DNA of 32,000 bases from Synechococcus elongatus PCC 6301. Its GTDB lineage: Bacteria; Cyanobacteriota; Cyanobacteriia; Synechococcales; Synechococcaceae. The translations under genes and the position numbers were made by a program. Of the stretch, positions 29,806-32,000 are shown in pieces; position 1 is the first letter of the stretch; every line of letters starts with the position of its first letter. The notes under the pieces were generated by a model. It worked only from the letters and a program-made list of their open reading frames with translations. It was not told where the DNA came from and did not search any database. The stretch spans positions 1,410,001-1,442,000 of the forward strand of contig NC_006576.1 of NCBI RefSeq assembly GCF_000010065.1, written 5' to 3'.

Positions 29806-30001
29806 TGACCCAACCCATCGCTTTCTGGACCATACGCTGCTGCCGGTTCGCCCTGCTTCAACTCGCGTTAATCAGCATCTAGATCGGATTGCTAATTGAT
29901 GATTTCAGGTTGACCAGTGATAGGAATTCTTGAACGGATAAACAAACTTAGTCAGCCTCGCGATCGCTCAGCAATCAGCCAATCTTTAAGTCAATAATTC
30001 G

Positions 30002-30727
30002 ATGGCCTCCACAGATCAGCATTATGAACAACTGCTCGCGCCGATTTACGAATGGATGGCTGGTGGCGCTGAGGCAGCACTCACTGCTGGTGCTGCTGAC
30101 TTAGAGGGACTTTTGCACTCGCCGGGGCTCTGTTTGGATTTGGGTGCGGGCTTTGGCATGCATGCGATTCCACTCGCACAAGCAGGCTTTGAGGTGATCG
30201 CGATCGATTCTTCGGCGCAGCTCTTGGCGCGGTTACAGGAGTTAGCGGGTTCTCTGCCGATTCAGTCGGTTTGTGCTGATTTGCTGGACTTTCCTGAGCA
30301 TCTGCCGGCAGGCCGCAAGCCAAGCCTGATCGTCTGCATGGGCGACACCTTAACTCACCTCGATAGTCTTGAGGCAGTCGATCGCTTAGCGAGTCTGGCC
30401 GCTGAACATCTCGCACCGGGTGGGCGTTTTCTGGCGACATTCCGCGATTATTCGCAGCCACTTCAGGGCGATCGCCGCTTTATTCCGGTGCGATCGGATC
30501 AGTCTCGAATCCTCACCTGCTTTCTGGAAGAACAAGGCGATCGCATCTGTGTGCATGACATCCTCCATGAACGGCAGGGCGATCAATGGACGATGCAAGT
30601 CAATCACTATCTGCAGCTGCGGCTAGCACCCGAAACAGTTCGCCAGATTTTTGTAGATAAGGGCTTCATGACGCAGATAGAGGCAGCACCGAGAGGTATG
30701 CTGCGCCTAATTAGCGATCGCCATTGA
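30002..30727 (+). CDS. Class I SAM-dependent methyltransferase
   Basis: 241 aa ORF. Motif I CLDLGAGFGMHAIPLAQAGFEVIAIDSS, then VCADLLDF, LIVCMGDTLTHL. Confidence 0.88.
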   Translation: MASTDQHYEQLLAPIYEWMAGGAEAALTAGAADLEGLLHSPGLCLDLGAGFGMHAIPLAQAGFEVIAIDSSAQLLARLQELAGSLPIQSVCADLLDFPEHLPAGRKPSLIVCMGDTLTHLDSLEAVDRLASLAAEHLAPGGRFLATFRDYSQPLQGDRRFIPVRSDQSRILTCFLEEQGDRICVHDILHERQGDQWTMQVNHYLQLRLAPETVRQIFVDKGFMTQIEAAPRGMLRLISDRH

Positions 30728-31090
30728 AGTGATGACAGTATAATCGTATATTTATTAAATTAAGTAAGGAGTTTTCAGCGCTTCATTTACATGGATTTCA
30801 CTACACCCTCCAAGAAATTGGAAGACATCTTCTGAAAGATTGCACCCAATCAATATCTCTTGCCTAAATGTTAACAAATAGTTTGGTGGTCTAATGACCT
30901 TCATCAGCAACAGCTAACTTAATGTAAGAATTTTGTAATCACGCAATACATTAAGATAATTCTGAGACAAGCTTCATCACAGCATTTTGCCCTTATACTG
31001 GAGAAGTATAATATGTAGATTCTTGATTTACGGCAATAGACTGCCAACTCATGATCAAGAAGTTAAACTAAGGCTTTAGGAGTCGAGAAA

Positions 31091-32000
31091 ATGAAAATTA
31101 AGCGAATTTCTGTATATGGTTTATTTGGAGTTTTTGATCACACAATTTCCTTAAACACTAATCAAAGAATTACTATTATTCATGGTCCTAATGGCTTTGG
31201 AAAAACAGCAGTATTAAGACTATTAAACAGCTTTTTTAATTCTCGATATTCCGAGTTAAGATCAATTTCATTTAATAAATTCAAGGTAGAGTTAAATGAT
31301 GATACAGTTATTGAAGTTGCAAGAGAAATAAAAGACTTTCACGAGTCAGGAAGAGTTGATATAACTTTTTATTTATACAAACCTAACATCGAGAGAAAAT
31401 CCTTCTCTTTAGGTCAGGTTAAATATTCTCCCGATATAGGTTTTCCTATTGGTATCCTAGATGAAGTAGTGCCAGGTCTGGAAAGAATAGATACCAGAAA
31501 GTGGATGTATCTTCCCACCGATGAGGTTTTATCTTTAGAAGAAGTTGTTGAGCGTTTTGGAGACTCATTACCTGACTCTTTATCTGCAAATTTAAGGGGA
31601 TCTTATTCAAAAGAAGAACCTGTGTGGTTGAAGGACATAAAAAATGCTATTCACATTCGCCTCATTGAATCGCAGCGACTACTTAATCTCGTTCCTAGTC
31701 GTTCTTCCAGAACATATCGTGGAACACCTTTAATGCTATCTACTGTCTCCGCTTATTCGGATGAACTTGCAAAGCTCATGCAAGATAAATTCAAGGAATA
31801 TGGCACAACATCGCAATCTCTTGACAGAACATTTCCATTGAGAGTGGTAAAGCAACAGCCATCTTCGGACGTATCAGATGAGCAGCTTCGCAACCAGTTG
31901 GATGAGCTTGAGTCAACTCGTTCTCGTCTCATAGAGGTAGGACTACTAGATAAAGAAGAAGATTCAGAATTTCAAATTCAACCTCAAGATATTGATGAGA
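31091..32000 (+). CDS. N-terminal part of an AAA/SMC-RecF-like P-loop ATPase, truncated by the window end (not in the supplied ORF track)
   Basis: Manual translation from ATG 31091: MKIKRISVYGLFGVFDHTISLNTNQRITIIHGPNGFGKTAVLRLLNSFFNSRYSELRSISFNKFKVELNDDTVIEVAREI...NAIHIRLIESQRLLNLVPSRSS...ELESTRSRLIEVGLLDKEEDSEFQIQPQDIDE. No in-frame stop to 32000. Walker A is GPNGFGKT; the family-like IxxIExQRL segment is present. Confidence 0.85.
   Translation, partial: MKIKRISVYGLFGVFDHTISLNTNQRITIIHGPNGFGKTAVLRLLNSFFNSRYSELRSISFNKFKVELNDDTVIEVAREIKDFHESGRVDITFYLYKPNIERKSFSLGQVKYSPDIGFPIGILDEVVPGLERIDTRKWMYLPTDEVLSLEEVVERFGDSLPDSLSANLRGSYSKEEPVWLKDIKNAIHIRLIESQRLLNLVPSRSSRTYRGTPLMLSTVSAYSDELAKLMQDKFKEYGTTSQSLDRTFPLRVVKQQPSSDVSDEQLRNQLDELESTRSRLIEVGLLDKEEDSEFQIQPQDIDE

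Overview
The window looks like the chromosome of a freshwater Synechococcus elongatus-type cyanobacterium: the HIP1 palindrome GCGATCGC is very dense and the gene complement is typically cyanobacterial. Positions 1 to ~30730 are compact core/accessory chromosome. From left to right: a TPR/glycosyltransferase-like protein (runs off the left edge), a two-gene NAD salvage pair (NAMPT-type transferase and NadM-Nudix), a DUF3122-like protein, ribD, a tightly coupled respiratory cluster (ccoN, ccoO, two DUF2231-like membrane proteins, type II NADH dehydrogenase), a folate/biopterin-type transporter, a carotenoid oxygenase, an exported pentapeptide-repeat protein, polA, a small Cys-rich protein, a Tic20-family protein, a serine/alanine-glyoxylate-type aminotransferase, cbiD, guaA, a LOV-GGDEF-EAL-like protein with both output domains apparently degenerate, a CorB/HlyC-type protein, gamma-glutamyltransferase, a PiT phosphate transporter, and a methyltransferase. 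Near 30730 the sequence becomes AT-rich and lacks HIP1. It then contains the 5' part of a P-loop ATPase gene (31091 to >32000) that is absent from the supplied ORF track and could be the edge of an acquired, possibly defence-type, island. The most interesting items are that truncated ATPase and the CcoN/CcoO/2xDUF2231/NDH-2 cluster, which has no recognisable CcoP. No RNA genes, CRISPR arrays or transposases were recognised.
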